This document shows positions 26,065-39,178 of a stretch of 64,000 nt of DNA, in pieces. Made by a program: the position numbers and the translations under genes. How positions within the stretch are numbered: position 1 is the first letter of the stretch; each line of letters opens with the position of its first letter. The stretch is from Oikopleura dioica (lineage: Eukaryota; Animalia; Chordata), in the NCBI GenBank assembly GCA_907165135.1, contig OU015568.1, forward strand, positions 6,200,001 to 6,264,000, in the 5' to 3' direction. The notes below the pieces were generated by a model, which was given only the letters and a program-made list of their open reading frames with translations, was not told the origin of the DNA and ran no database searches.

Positions 26065-27081
26065 ATGAAGCGGTTCAAAGAGAAAATCAACGGATCGGAT
26101 CCGAACTGGTCGGTAATTGGAATCGGAACAATCGGAACTTCTGAGTTCATTTGCGGAAAATGCATCAAAATCGTTGACGATCCCGTTCGAACAGCTTGTT
26201 GCGACTCACTCCTCTGTCGACTTTGTGCTCTTTCTGAGAACAATCCGTTTGTTTGTCGGTACTGCTACTGTATCTTCACGGCGGATGAGCCACTGGAATA
26301 CAAGGAGGTCTCAAAGTTCTTTCTGCAAATTCTCAATTCGACAGTTATCCAGTGCTCTACAGATCAATGCAAGGCAAGTGAAAAAGAAAGCTCCCTTCTT
26401 TTAATGTCTATTCAGGAGAAATTTGCATATTTTCGCCGAGAAGTGCATCTTGAATACAAATGCAATGGCCACAAACGGTAGAGTACCGACTTTTCATACT
26501 GGACTAGTGATTTAGTTGCGAGCAATGCCGGGAAGAGTACATCGTCAAAAACAAGCACATCTGCGTGCGAACTGTTCGATCTGTCATTGAAGAAATCGAA
26601 AATGACGCTACTGTAAGACTCTTTTTTTAATAAACGGATTGCCAGTGATTTTTTCAGATTCCTGCCGATCTGAAAGAAAAGCATTTTTACGAGTACATGA
26701 TGAAAATGAGCGGCTATGCGAAAGGGCCAAAGCCCTCGAAGTTGTCAATTGAAATGATGAATGAAAAGATGGATATCGAGGGCGCTTCTCTTGTCGAAAT
26801 CCCAGCATCGTCTTTTTACAACGAAATGGAAGTAGCTGAGAACTTCGATGAAGGAATAGAATCATCTTTGCTTACAGACAGGTAAATAAATTGAAATGAT
26901 AAATTTAGAATAAAACAAGTGTACTCTAGCTTTTCTGAATTGACGATATAGATTATTTGACGTCCCCGACGACGGCGCAATGGATACCGAGATGGACTTT
27001 TCAGACTTTGATTCAGAACTGGATTTATTCTTTGAAAATGGATACAAGCAAGAAATTTTATCCTCCCTGCCAATTAGTTAG
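26065..27081 (+). CDS. RING plus TRAF/SIAH-type zinc-finger protein with an acidic tail
   Basis: CGKC..CCDSLLCRLC..CRYC, then QCSTDQC..REVHLEYKC; last exon joins in phase. Confidence 0.6.
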
Positions 27082-27445
27082 CAAACAATAAACTGCAATT
27101 TCCCATGCTATTTCGAACAAGAGCGTTTATTGACTCTCCATAATTTCCGGCAGTAACAAATCTGAGCAGGAGCAGAGCACGAGCAGGAATATTTTTGTTT
27201 ATCCGGATATTTAGTAATCCCCGGATCAGTATTTGCTTCAACTTCCTGATCCATCATCATATTTCTTTCGCCTGATTTCCTCGTGTGGTTTTTGGGGAGT
27301 CGGAATCGATGCGCTAAATGAAGCTAAACTAAATTTCTCGTCGTTGTTGTCCTACTAGATAATCGATTATTAGAAACGAAGTCTAAAATTTTGAGGTCTT
27401 TAGGTTGATTAGACATATCGACGATGATGGAATGCGATACTCTTT

Positions 27446-27539
27446 TCTGGGCTCGCCAACCTGTGTAGAAAACCTGAGTCAGGGCCTAAGGGATCTGCGT
27501 AGCCTGACTCAGGTTTTCTACACAGTTTTTCGACCCAGA
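27446..27539. mobile_element. Family A palindromic element
   Basis: TCTGGGCTCGCCAACCTGTGTAGAAAACCTGAGTCAGG ... CCTGACTCAGGTTTTCTACACAG..CCCAGA. Confidence 0.85.
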
Positions 27540-28492
27540 CTTGAGGTTTTCTTCTCAAAAATGTTGAAAGAGAGAGTACCTTTCCTGATCCATTTCAAAT
27601 TGGATTAACATCAAAGCCCGCTTATTCCTACAAACTCCAGGGGCCCCTCTCTTATCATATCCCCTTCCCTCTTTATATTCGCGGGTATATTTTAATTTAA
27701 TAATTTCGCCGCGGGTGGCTTTGCAGCTGAGGCGGCCGTGCCCAATTGATGCCGCGCGCTCCCTCTTTGAGCTTGCTCAGGACTCACCTGCACCCCCCGC
27801 TGAATGTTACAACCTTCAAATAAAAGATATAACTCACTCCATCGATTGGGGGCGAGGAGATATCGGCAGAAATGTCATCATATCCCGCCGGTACCGCCAC
27901 AGGGATAAACTCGAAACAAATCTAACTGATATTAACGCCCCGCTCTCTAGGATGCCAAGTCCCTCATTTTAATTGAATCAATTCTAACTGAAATATAACT
28001 TATATTATATAAGGTTCTCAACTAGAGAGCAGGAAAATGAACATCGGTAATGCCAAGCTCAGCAGGTTAAAAATATAAACTAATCGTTCCCCGGCGCCAG
28101 ATTTGTCAGAATATGTCGCGGAAAACATATGCCTAGAGAGACCTTCATTTTTGAAAAAGAAAAATGACAGACTTGCCGTTGAATGAATTAATTCCAAATG
28201 AATCGCGTCAATTTTGAGGAACTGTCGAAAATGCTCGAAGTGATTGTTGTTCTTCTTGGTGATCGATATAATGAGGATATTCTGAGTCGCGCTCGGTGAA
28301 CCTGCCAGTAAATCCGCCTGCTCGCCGACTGATTACGCCACGTGAGGTTCCGACGATTATCCACTAGAAGTAACTAACGGCCGAGAGGGATTTTCACAGC
28401 TTTTTCAAGATACTTTTTGAGACAATATTTGTCGGTAGACTCTTTCAAGCGCTCTGTTTCAAAGATATTTTCAGTTGCAATTTGCAATTAGT

Positions 28493-31400
28493 TTATTCTT
28501 CAGGATCAGATTTATATTTCATATCCGAAACAGATTCTTCGCCGGAGCTTCGATTTGAACAGTCAAAAGTCTTGCCAGAAGCCAGTGCTAATGTTCCCTG
28601 CCTCAATTTCCACATATTTTTCGATCTAAAATATGCTTAACGCTTTTCCCTCATATCATCTTTACGTTGGGCTTTGATTCAAAGCAGCCATTTTGCTCAT
28701 TCGTTGGAGTTTGGAACGAGCATCTTTTGCGTTCTTCTGCTTGCTATACGGAGTTGCTGTTCGGACATCGTCGATGACTTTGGAGCGGAAAGTTGTTAGA
28801 TCCTGAAAAATTGGTTCCGAAGAATTTGTTTTCGGCAAAAACCTGTTTTAGTTCAGAAACATCGTTTTCAGTCAAAGTTCTTTTTCGTGTCCTTCGTTGA
28901 CTTTTGCTTGAATGTATCGCCTAATCAATAAAAGTGACAATCGAAATGAAAATTGTGAACCTGATGAGCTTGTGGATGACCTCTTGGTAGACTCGTTGGC
29001 TTTCAGAAGGTGTAGTTTCATTGTTTACTCGAGCAGCGTTGTTGTCAGGCCACCAGGACTTTCCGATGAATGTTTCAAAGAGATCATAGATTGGCTCAGA
29101 TGTTGGAATGATGTTGAAGGGTGGCGGCAACGGACTCAATCATGAGAACAAGAGAGCTTGTTGACTTCTTACCTTGATTCTTCAAAATAAGTTAGCCAAA
29201 GCTTTGACCTCGCGAATTTCCATTCAATATCGGCGTGATCAGCGATGAATTGGTAGGAATTGTTCATCATTGCGATGAGTACATTGATCAAGACGATGAC
29301 ATTGATCAGGTTGTAGACTCCGAACATAGTCGCGCCAACCCATTTCGTGATAAAATGCTAGAAAATAACCCCTTTTCGTCGCGACTAGACAATACCTCTG
29401 GCTCAAGGTCTGTGACATATAAGTTCACAAGACCGAAGCAGCTCCAGTAAAGCGATTCCATCGCATGAAAAAGCGTCGAAAACGCATTATTTTGCTTTTC
29501 GCACATGAGGCCGTAACAAACCGTCGTGTTTCCATAAGTTCGGTGGCCCTCGTGAACTTCGTATTCGTGAACGACTTTGTGCGGACTGTCGCCAGTGTAG
29601 ATACCCGCGTTTCCGTATTTGTAGTACAGTTGGTTCAGCCCATTGGCGAAGGCAAAAAGGACGAGGAACCAGATCATGAGGAATTTTGAGATGTCAAACA
29701 ACATCCGTCCGAGGGAGATTTGAATCGGGCCCATGTGCACATTCGAGTTAAAAAGATAAACTGAGGGGGGATTAATTCGATTCAGGGGAAAAACTTACTG
29801 AGTCGAAGAAAACTGAAAATATTCGCAACAGAAAAGAGCGCCTCTGAAATGAGTGTTGGGTGAAGCGGGTCCCACTCCACTCTGCTCAGTCGATGATCGT
29901 GGGGAATATCTTTGTGGAGCAAGTAGGCGCAGAGTTTCGTTGAAATCGTAGCGAGGTACAAAGAATTCATGAAGAAGTCCATGACGTTCCATCTGTCGTT
30001 GACGTAATCATTTGCGCCGCCAGACCAAAGCTGTCCGATTTCCGCGGCGATCAGGGAAATTATCCAAGGAAGGAGAATCCATTCGATTGTTGATGGTGGA
30101 GGTCCGGGATCGTCCCCTGCATGGTCGACTTTGACTTGCGAGGCGAGGACAAGGAGAGCAAGAAACGTGAGATAGGAAGCGGTCCCGACGATAAATTTCA
30201 TAAACGGTCGACAAATCAGCTGTCCAGCGGATGATTTTGGAAAGAGAATGTGAATAATGCAGAGCATTGGCCAAAATAGCCCGATGAGCAGCGAGTAGAG
30301 CAACTTCAGTCCCCAATGCATTCGCCTCCAGCCATAAACGCCTTCGTACCAAAGAGTTGAAACGAGTTGCTGGCAGTTGGGCTGAGCGACGAAGTGTTTT
30401 TGATTGAAATGGACGGCTAGCCGAAGGGCTGAAAGAATTCCGCTGTTTGGGAGGGCGTCGGTTTCGTCTGAGTAGTTGAGGATTGTTTGAAGTTCCTTGC
30501 TGCTGCGGGTTTGGTCGAGGACTTCTTTCGCGAAAATCTGAAAAGAAGATATTCGATTGTCTTCAATTTTAACTTAATTTTGACTAACCTCGCATTGAAC
30601 AGAAAGCTCTTCATAATCGCTCCTGAATTCATTCTCCACCTGGCTCAGCTCTCTCAACTCGAAGCTGAGCTTGAACGCCGTTCTGATGGGAAACTCAGAG
30701 CTGAGCGCAATCAAGTACGGACAAGCGAGAGCTTTGTAAAGATTCAACCGCGATTTGGAAAATCTAAGCGAGTCTTTTGACATTTGACTGATGCACACTT
30801 CGCAGCCGCAGCGAACATCGTGCGGTCTTTTCAGACTTGTGCCCTCGAAGAGGAGCAGTTTTAGGATCTCGTAGTTGTTGACGTGCGCGGCGAGGATGAT
30901 GGGCGTCATTTCGGAGTCGTAGTCGGACTCGGTCGGACCAGTATTTGTCGACAGATGCTGGAATTAGGAGTTGTTTCAGGATTTTTATAATTTTCAGATG
31001 GCTTTGTTCAGAAGATGGTGATCCGGTCTGGGCTAAGAGCGAGAGCCGGACGAATATCGACTGATGTGTGGTCATTTATGGGTACGTTAGCACGGATCAA
31101 AGCGATTTGCCGCCAAGTCCGCGACTCTAATTCGCAGCCAATCTTGTAGTTACCTCATTCCGAGGGAAAAAAAGGGCGTGCCCAACCATTTTTATCAACA
31201 ATTATGGTTTTTGGTCATAAATATTTTTGACCTTTTTATGATAATCAATCGGATTTATGGTGTTTGTAAAATACTAATTATGATGGTTTGTTGGTTTATT
31301 ACTGTATTTACCTTGCACATTTTTTTCTGTGCCTTCATCTGAATCAAGATCATTTTCACCACGGAGACGTTTTGCTTCCTAATCGCGTAGAGCAGCGTGT

Positions 31401-32004
31401 CAATCATCGCGATTTCAAATTTGACCAGGACTTCTACCATCGCCATCTTCGAAAATATAGTATTTTCAGGCTCAAGACACAATAACGTACATTATTAGCA
31501 TCAGCGGCGATAAAGAGAGCGCTTCGGCCAAGCTCATCTTTGCAGCTCGTGTCAAAGTCGTCGTTGTTGTTTTCGAGGAAGTCTTCGACTTCAGATGCGA
31601 TTCCGCTTGAGACTATCGCTAGAAATTCGTTTTCTTTTTCACCGTGGCGTTCATCTGGGTGTCTCATTTGCTTGAAAGAAGTTTAGAATACGATATCGTA
31701 TGTATAATCGTTACAACGCTTTTAATCCAACAAGACGAATGTATTTTCATAGAATTTCATCAATTACTGCGATAAAAAATTCCATACTTACATGAAGTTG
31801 AATGATGTTATGATTCTCACTATCTTCCAACTCCCTCGTTTCCGCCGTCTTCCCTAAAGTACCAGACTGAGTCTCATCGCCATCAACTTTGACAAAAGAA
31901 CTCCTCCTCGAATAATTTTTCGAGGCCATGCTAGACCGCTGGGTGTCGATCAAATTTGAGATTCTCAGAGATTCTCTGTTCAATTTTCCGACAAATTTAG
32001 GCAT
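28493..32004 (-). CDS. TRPC: TRPC (canonical transient receptor potential) channel
   Basis: Ankyrin repeats, [31 protein letters not shown], pore [21 protein letters not shown] box, [18 protein letters not shown]. Confidence 0.93.
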
Positions 32005-32589
32005 TTTTCAAGGCTTTCTAAGCAAATGTTTGTTGCTTCAAAGAATAGAACTTTGTTCAGAGCGGAGCAAAGTCGAGAAAAGAATGACATTGAGCCGACT
32101 TACCCGGTAATGAAGTGCCCATCGATCGAGCTGGCGAGGGACTGCCGATGAATACAGTAGAAGGTGTCTGAATCAATTTCCTCTTTTTGTGAAAAGAAAA
32201 GAGCGAACCGTTTTCTGCGCCTTGAGCATCTTTGTTTGTATATTCTGCCATCCCTTTGTCATCTTTCTACTCTATATATTTCTCTGACTTTGAAGAAACA
32301 ATCCACTACGTCCACTTTGTGCCTCTGTATGTACGCATGTGAGTTGATCTAATTCATGGATTCTGCGGCGGGATTAATTAAAACCCATTTTGCTAATGGA
32401 AATTATATTTAGTGCACTGCCAAGTCTCCTCCCTGCTTCCCACTGTTTGTCAAAAATAAATAAATAGTTTATTGAGTGTCTTTTATACAGTAATAGTTTC
32501 AAAATTCAAAACGGCAAGTCGGTATGGAATGGAGATGTCAGGCTCTTGGCTAAAAAAATTGGCTCGAATTCCAATAAATCCAGACTTGG

Positions 32590-33772
32590 TTTTACTAATT
32601 TCCGAACTTGAACGATTTCAAGAAGAGAAATTGTTCAATTAACGTACTCTTTGTTGGTGTCTGGCGAGAAATCTCAGCCGAGCTTCGTTCTTCTTCATGC
32701 GAGAGTATTTTGGACATTTCTTTCGAATCCGCGCCGGGCTCACTGCGCGACGACTTCATCACTGCTGACTTTTTGCGGAAGTTTTCCAGTTCGATCTGGT
32801 CGTTGTGTTTTTGGACGTCCCTGGAGAGATTTTCAGAGGATTTTTCAAAGGAAAAACTTGCCTTTGGATCATTTCTTGTTCAGCTTGTCGGTCAAATTTT
32901 TCCTTGTCACTTAGGGACTCGAATTTTCGGTCCCTAAGAGGCAGTTTGTCCTCCAGGAGATGCTTTTCCATCGCTGCGGCGAGTTCTTTTTCTGTCATTG
33001 GATTTCTGAACTGGTTCGATTGAGGGATGAAAAGGGGCAACAGACCTTAGTGAGAGCTTCATAACTTTTGTCTGGCTTGTTCCCATGTTTAATTTTGGCA
33101 TCTGAAAGCTGGAAAGTGATGTTTTTGAGGAAGACGAAGATGCTGCTTTTTCCGATTCTTTTTCTTCGTCTTTTTCTGGCTCGATAATTGGATCAACTTG
33201 TTGTCGTAAATACTCAATGATGACCTAGAATTTGATAACGTGATGATGAGACTGTGTTTGTACCTCAAATCCTTGTTGTACGATTTCGATTGGCGGCGAG
33301 GTTAAATGTTTGTTGGGTTGTAATTGAAGTCCATTAAGCTTTTTCAGTTTCGCCAAGCAAGCAGGAAGACGTTTTAAAAAGTTACCGCCTTTGTTTTGAT
33401 AGATACAAGCAATAACAAAGCGGAATCAAATGATTGATTTAGTATCCCATTCCTAGAAGCAAGTCTTCAAGTTTATCTGCTTGTTGAATATCTGGCGGGA
33501 GTTCTGTTAGCTCGTTGTTTCGGACATCCAGCCAGACGAGATTTGGAAGGTCTGTGAAAATGCAACCGGGGAGGGAGGTCAAACAGTTGTTTTTCAAGTG
33601 GACTTGGCGGAGAGTAAGCGGAAACCAAATCGGACATTTTGTCAAGTGGCAATTTGCGAGGTTCAGTTTTGTTTCTGTTGTTCTAGTTTTTTCGGTAAAA
33701 ATGAAAATGAGGGTTTTCTTACTTTGAACGGACAAGTTCTCTTAGCTCTTCGCCATCTCTATCGCGCTGCAT
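32590..33772 (-). CDS. Leucine-rich repeat protein (LRRC27-like)
   Basis: LKNNCLTSLP, LPNLVWLDVRNNELTELP, GNFLKRLP..LTSPP, then a charged tail. Confidence 0.7.
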
Positions 33773-34054
33773 GTTTAAAAAGGACTTCAGCTTTTGACCC
33801 TGTCAAACAGAAATTGCGTGAAATCTGCCTCTCTTCGCGAATAAACAAATTATCTCTTCAATTCCGCCTGTACTAGAAACTTTCGCTTTTTTTTAATAAT
33901 TTGCTTGTCTCGTGTTATTTATTGAAATTGAATCGCATTTTGGTCGTCTATTGTTCTTTGTAAAAAGAAGAGCTTCAAGACTTCCTGGACAACACAAAAA
34001 AGGCGACGCTAGAATGATATGCTTCTTTATTAACAAGTTTCTGTACAAAAATGT

Positions 34055-36350
34055 TCAATTTCTTCCTCTTGAGTACGAATCAATAACGCCGTGGCGCATC
34101 ATTTCTTGCTGGCAGATCTGTCTGATTTTCTCCCTCGGATCGTCGCCAAACGCGAGCAGGACCGGATCGACTTGGCGTTCTAGCGCTTCCACCTTTTTCT
34201 TGAGCATTTCGTTCTCCCGCTGAGAGGTGCGCAACTGCTGCTGGACGAGTCGCAGTTGATAGCTGTTATCAGTTTCTTCGAGCGTCGACAGTTTCTCCGC
34301 GTTTCGAGTCGAAACGGTTTCCAGGACAGAGATTTTATGGCGAACCAGCTGGTTGAACTCGGAAAAGTCTTCCTTGATTCCCGAAGTCGATTTTTCCAAC
34401 TTATACAGGCGCTCTTCGAATTCTTTTGAAAGCGCCGCCCTAGAATGCGAAAAGAATGATAAGTTAATGCTATAATTTGAAAGAATACTGTGAGTCAAGC
34501 GTCGTTTTCTGAAATTTTCGCATCGCATCGCCCTGGTTCAACACCGTCTTTTTCAGGATTTCCTGCATTTCCTTCAGCTTCGACATTTGTTCAAGAATTT
34601 CTCGAAGCTCCGCCCTAGAATTTTTTAAAGAAGAAAATCCTGGAAATTTTACTTTGTAGCCGAGTTTCTAGCAACTTTATCGACTCGATCTTCCAGATTC
34701 GGTACTTTCAGCTCGAGGTCGGAGAGCACTCCCGTCAGCGTTTTTATCGAAGCGTGTTCTTTGTCTACTTGGTCCCTGACATTGAGAAAGCGGACGTGCA
34801 CTTCATCGATTCTCTTGTGAGCCTCGTTTATCTGATCTTGGAGCGTGCGAGCGTCGACATTCGCCTTTTCCGCGCGAACTTCCGCCGCTTCCTAAAAAAA
34901 TTATAACTTCCTTGCTTTCACCCTTCTTCTATTCGATTTTAACGAGACTTTTTTCATACAAAAGAATACCTGTAAGATCATTAATCGTAGTTCTTTGATT
35001 TCGCTCTTCTGAGATTGAAATTCCAGTCTTTGTTCGTTGAAAGCTCTTGAATTGAAACATCTCTTATTATCATTTTCAGAAACCGAGATTACCGTATAAT
35101 ATTTTCAGTTTCATCTGTACATCGTTTCGCCTCTTGCGCCAGCTGCAAAATCTGATGGCCTTGGTGCGACTGCGTCACATTCAACATGTGCTCGTTCAAA
35201 ATCAAGGACATGGTCAAATTGGAGTTTTCCCGAACTCGCTTTCCTTGCAAATTGTGATTCTCGATGATTTCAGAAAGCTTGTTTCGAATCTCGTCCAAGT
35301 TTTCATTGTTGTAGCGCTGGTAGTTGATGCGATTTTTGCTCATCGTCGTGATTGTTTGATTCATTTTCTGGGTTACTTTTTCGCCGAGCTCGACGAATGC
35401 GTGATGCAATTCGTTGTAGGACTTTTCCAAAACGCCAAAAGCACTTGATTTTCCTCTTGTTTCCAGCTGTAGGAGAGATTGTTCCTCCTGCAAATCTGCT
35501 AGAGGCTTTTTTTGCTCCTTTTATTGGGTTATTTTTGTTTTCAAGGATCGAAATTAAGCTCACAAACCTGAGTAGAAAACCTGACTCAGGGTCTGAAAGA
35601 TCTACACGGCTTTCCAGACCCTGACTCAGGTTTTCTACTCAGGTTTTGAGAGCCCGTTTTGTTTGTTTGAACCCATTTCCCTGAATCGCTTCAGTTAGCT
35701 GTTCAATCTGAAGGTCAAGGAGCAGCTTCTCGGCTGATATTTTGTCATCAACGTCTTGCATCTGACCTCGAACTTTTTCCAGCGCCTCCTCTGTCTTTTC
35801 GCTGACCCGGCGATTGTGCTTTTCTAGCTTTTTCTTGATCGTCTCGTTTTCCCGTGAAAATTTATTGTCGAATTTTGTCAACTGAGAAAATCATTTCAGG
35901 AATGATATTTTCAAGTTTATTCTTACTTGATTTTCTAAGCTTCTTATTTCAGCACTTTGGTCGAGTTTTTCGAACGACTGGAGGAGTTTTTCATTTTCAT
36001 TTTCGACTTTTGCCGTTGCTTTTTCTAGCGCAAGTTGGAAGTCTTTTTCTTTTTCGGTTATTTCTTCGTTTATTTTCTTGATTTTTTCAGCAATTGCGAT
36101 TTCTGTTTTTGTTATTTCTTCCTTAACATTTTTCGACGTCGCTAAAATTATGAAAATTTTAATATTTTGGGAATCAGAGCTGATTTACCAAGGCATGAAG
36201 CTTTATTTTCCCTGATTGCTTCTTTCAAATCCTGGAGCTCTTGTTTTCTCTCCTGATGATCAGATGATATCTTGTCCATTCGCAAGGACAAACGTTCGTT
36301 TTTACGATAGATTTCTTTCGCCAGCGGCTTGTTTATCGGATAGCATAAAT
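34055..36350 (-). CDS. Long coiled-coil protein, multi-exon
   Basis: Many heptad-rich exons (ORFs 34055-34528, 35089-35493, 35639-35881). Confidence 0.6.
35558..35653. mobile_element. Family A palindromic element (intronic)
   Basis: AAACCTGAGTAGAAAACCTGACTCAGGGTCTG..CAGACCCTGACTCAGGTTTTCTACTCAGGTTT. Confidence 0.8.
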
Positions 36351-36700
36351 TGACATTGAACGGTTAAAAATTATTACTTATTGACAATAAGTTATTGTTA
36401 TGATTATTTACGATTCCTATGAGAAGGTCCTTTCTTTTGTGGTTCCAAAATGTAAGACCCCACATAAAGTTCCCGTGGCGAAATTGTCGTGCAGGTAAAT
36501 TCATAGTTTTGATAAAATAAAGCTCAAATAATAAATTTCAATGTGTAAAAAAAAGTTTAATTGGCGGTTGAGTCAACGACCCAGCACACCTGAGCCGAGC
36601 ATAATTGCCAATCTATCTGACCACAAACTGTCTCCCATGAAAACGAAAACACCCGAATCAGCAGATCAGAAGTCTGAGCTTTTCTAGTTCATTGATTTAG

Positions 36701-37085
36701 TTATTCCGATTCCTTGAGCTCCTCCGCTTGTCGAAGAGCGTCGGCAGTGGTTTTTTCGAAGGTGGGAATGATCGTGTTGTTGAGGACGTTCATGAAGTCG
36801 TTCATGTCACGACGTGCCTGGTTGACTAGCTGGACATTTCCAGTCACGCAGTCGCGGATGTCGCTGTCCGTGGTGCATACTAGCTTTCTGAAACGAGCAA
36901 AAATAAGCTAACTTTTCTTGCAATTGCAATTAGTTTTCGAATTTTCAAGAAATTTGGGGTCCTCAAGGTGACCAAATTTTGGTAAAAAAATCGAATTTTT
37001 TGGTCAAAATTTTATCAAAAATTATAAAATACCTTCGTTTTCGTCCTTGAACGGCCAAAATAACGACCAAAAAGACCCATTTCAT
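36701..37085 (-). CDS. 79-aa secreted prepro-peptide (exons 37085-37033 and 36887-36701)
   Basis: MKWVFLVVILAVQG-RKRRK-LVCTTDSDIRDCVTGNVQ...KESE*; canonical GT-AG intron, 240 nt in frame. Confidence 0.7.
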
Positions 37086-37361
37086 AATTTCTCTTTTTTC
37101 ATAATTTTCAGCTTTTCATTCTTATCGTCTCTCTAGTCCCGAAAGCTGTCAAAAAGCTGTTTCTCTCTAATCTTCAGCGTAAGGATTTTATGTTTTTGGT
37201 AAGTCGGGCGTCGCCTCTACTTTTTGGCTCTCATTTTTACGCTCACTCAGAATCTATGGCGCACTTTACAACTCCCACACTTACGCTTGGTTAGGGTTGC
37301 GCTCGCGTCTAAGCAAAATAAAACCAAGATTCCAGAGCTGGGCACTTAGACCAGCCAATGC

Positions 37362-37652
37362 CAAAGGCGAAACTCCTTGTTATGGTGATAAATACAGTAT
37401 GTTTCGATGATATGATAATACCAATTATCAATTGGAAAGCGAGCTCTAGAATTTGGCTCTGCACCCTGTGTAAAAAACCTGAGTCAGGATTCGAAAAGCT
37501 CAAATCGCCGAAAAATGGCATTTCAAATCCTGACTCAGGTTTTCTACACAGGGTGCAGAGCCAAATTCTAGAGCTCGCTTTCCAATTAATAAAATTATCA
37601 TATCATCGAAGCATACTGTATTTATCACCATAACACTTAAGGACTTTGGCCT
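37362..37652. repeat. ~290-bp foldback with a family A core
   Basis: ~125-bp near-perfect inverted arms around a ~25-nt loop; the inner arms are the family A TIR. Confidence 0.9.
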
Positions 37653-38007
37653 TTGGTATTTTCCAAAGGTCAAGAAGCTAATCAGCAGCCGTCTTCTATG
37701 TTATTATTAGCAGCCCGCAGGGGTAAATTAATCAAAATCGGTCTTTTGGGAAAACGTTGTCCATCTGGCTACTACTCGAAAAATCCTATTTTTACAAAGA
37801 AAAATAATTTGCGATAATGTACATTTTAGGTAGGAAAGAGGCTGTCATCGCATCATTCGGGAATTTCCCGATTTTGGCCATTTTTCCTCGTCGCGTCTGC
37901 TGACAAGGGCGATTAGTGATTTTGTGAAGTATTAATGAAATTAGATTAAAAGAGGAGAAAAAAAAGCGAAGAAGGCCTTTTTGAAAATTGAAAAACTCAG
38001 CAAAAAG

Positions 38008-38803
38008 ATGATGTTTTTAGTGACCGGGGCTTGTCTTGCCTTTTTCGTCCTGCTTATTGTCATCTTACTGATGTGCTACTGTAGGCTCTACTACGCCTGC
38101 AGACAGGAGAATCCAAAGGAAAGACAGAACTATCTTCACAAGAAATTCAAGTAAGTAAATGACACATTTCAGATCAAAAACGAATTCATTTTTTTATTAG
38201 CATAAAAGAGAAAAGGTTAAGGGTGTCAGAAGAAGTTAATCAAGCTTTTTCATTTTAAAATTTTACAAAAAAAAATAAATTGCAATTCAGATTTTCGCAT
38301 CTGTAAATTTATGTCATCAGGTTGTGCGCGCGGCTCTAGCCATTATGTTTCTTCATTTTATTTTTTTACGCTAAGGACCCACAGTGAGGGACTTTAAATA
38401 TACCTGTGGTCGCTGATTGCCATCATTTAATCGCGTTTTTTTATCAACCGCTAGAATCAACTTGGTTCAATCTATTAAACGAAATCGAACCACTCCTTGG
38501 TTCTCCTATTTTTATTCAGAAATTTTCTGAATTTATATAATTTCCCTCATTTTCTAGTCGATCTTTTTCAGATCGACAAAGTCATCACCTTGTCCTCATC
38601 GAGTAAGCAATGAGCGCGCCAAAAGAGGGATTCGCGGGGCTTTCGCAAAGAACACAATGACTGGTCTCCTCATTTCCGGCCCTTCAAACAACCCTTCCCC
38701 GGAAGTGCCAAAGAAGACCTCTTCCAACCATCTGGACTCGGGCACAACGTCTCGCCCAGTTCCAGTCAGATTCAACAACAATCCACGTTTCATCTCTGTT
38801 TGA
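38008..38803 (+). CDS. Single-pass Cys-rich microprotein, paralogue 1 (48 aa unspliced; 124 aa if spliced 38150 to 38572)
   Basis: MMFLVTGACLAFFVLLIVILLMCYCRLYYAC..; GTAAGT donor at 38151 joins in frame to a 76-codon open exon. Confidence 0.7.
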
Positions 38804-39132
38804 TTCTGTTTTCAATCGAAACAATCTTTCATCTTGCCAATTAAACGATTCGAACCACGCAGGCAAAACGTGAGAAGCAGGATGAAATAATATTATGTAC
38901 TTGAGGTTGACAAAATAATTAATGCAAAAATTATGCAAAGATCGAGATTATACTTGACACCGGCATTCTAGGGCCGTCTAGTCGACATTTCCACTCTCCA
39001 ATCCAATTTTTAATTAAATAAACCTTTAATTTGATAAAGTCTTTTTGCGAAATCATTCATCGAGGAGGCATTTAGACATTCCCAGCTGCTATTTTAGCCA
39101 CTGGGTATAGAAATAATGTTCTAAAGCAAAAT

Positions 39133-39142
39133 TATATAAAAG
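39133..39142 (+). promoter_or_regulatory. TATA-box-like element upstream of paralogue 2
   Basis: TATATAAAAG about 40 nt before the ATG at 39179. Confidence 0.35.
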
Positions 39143-39178
39143 AGAAAGAGAATCGAAAGAAGACCAAAATTGAAAAAG

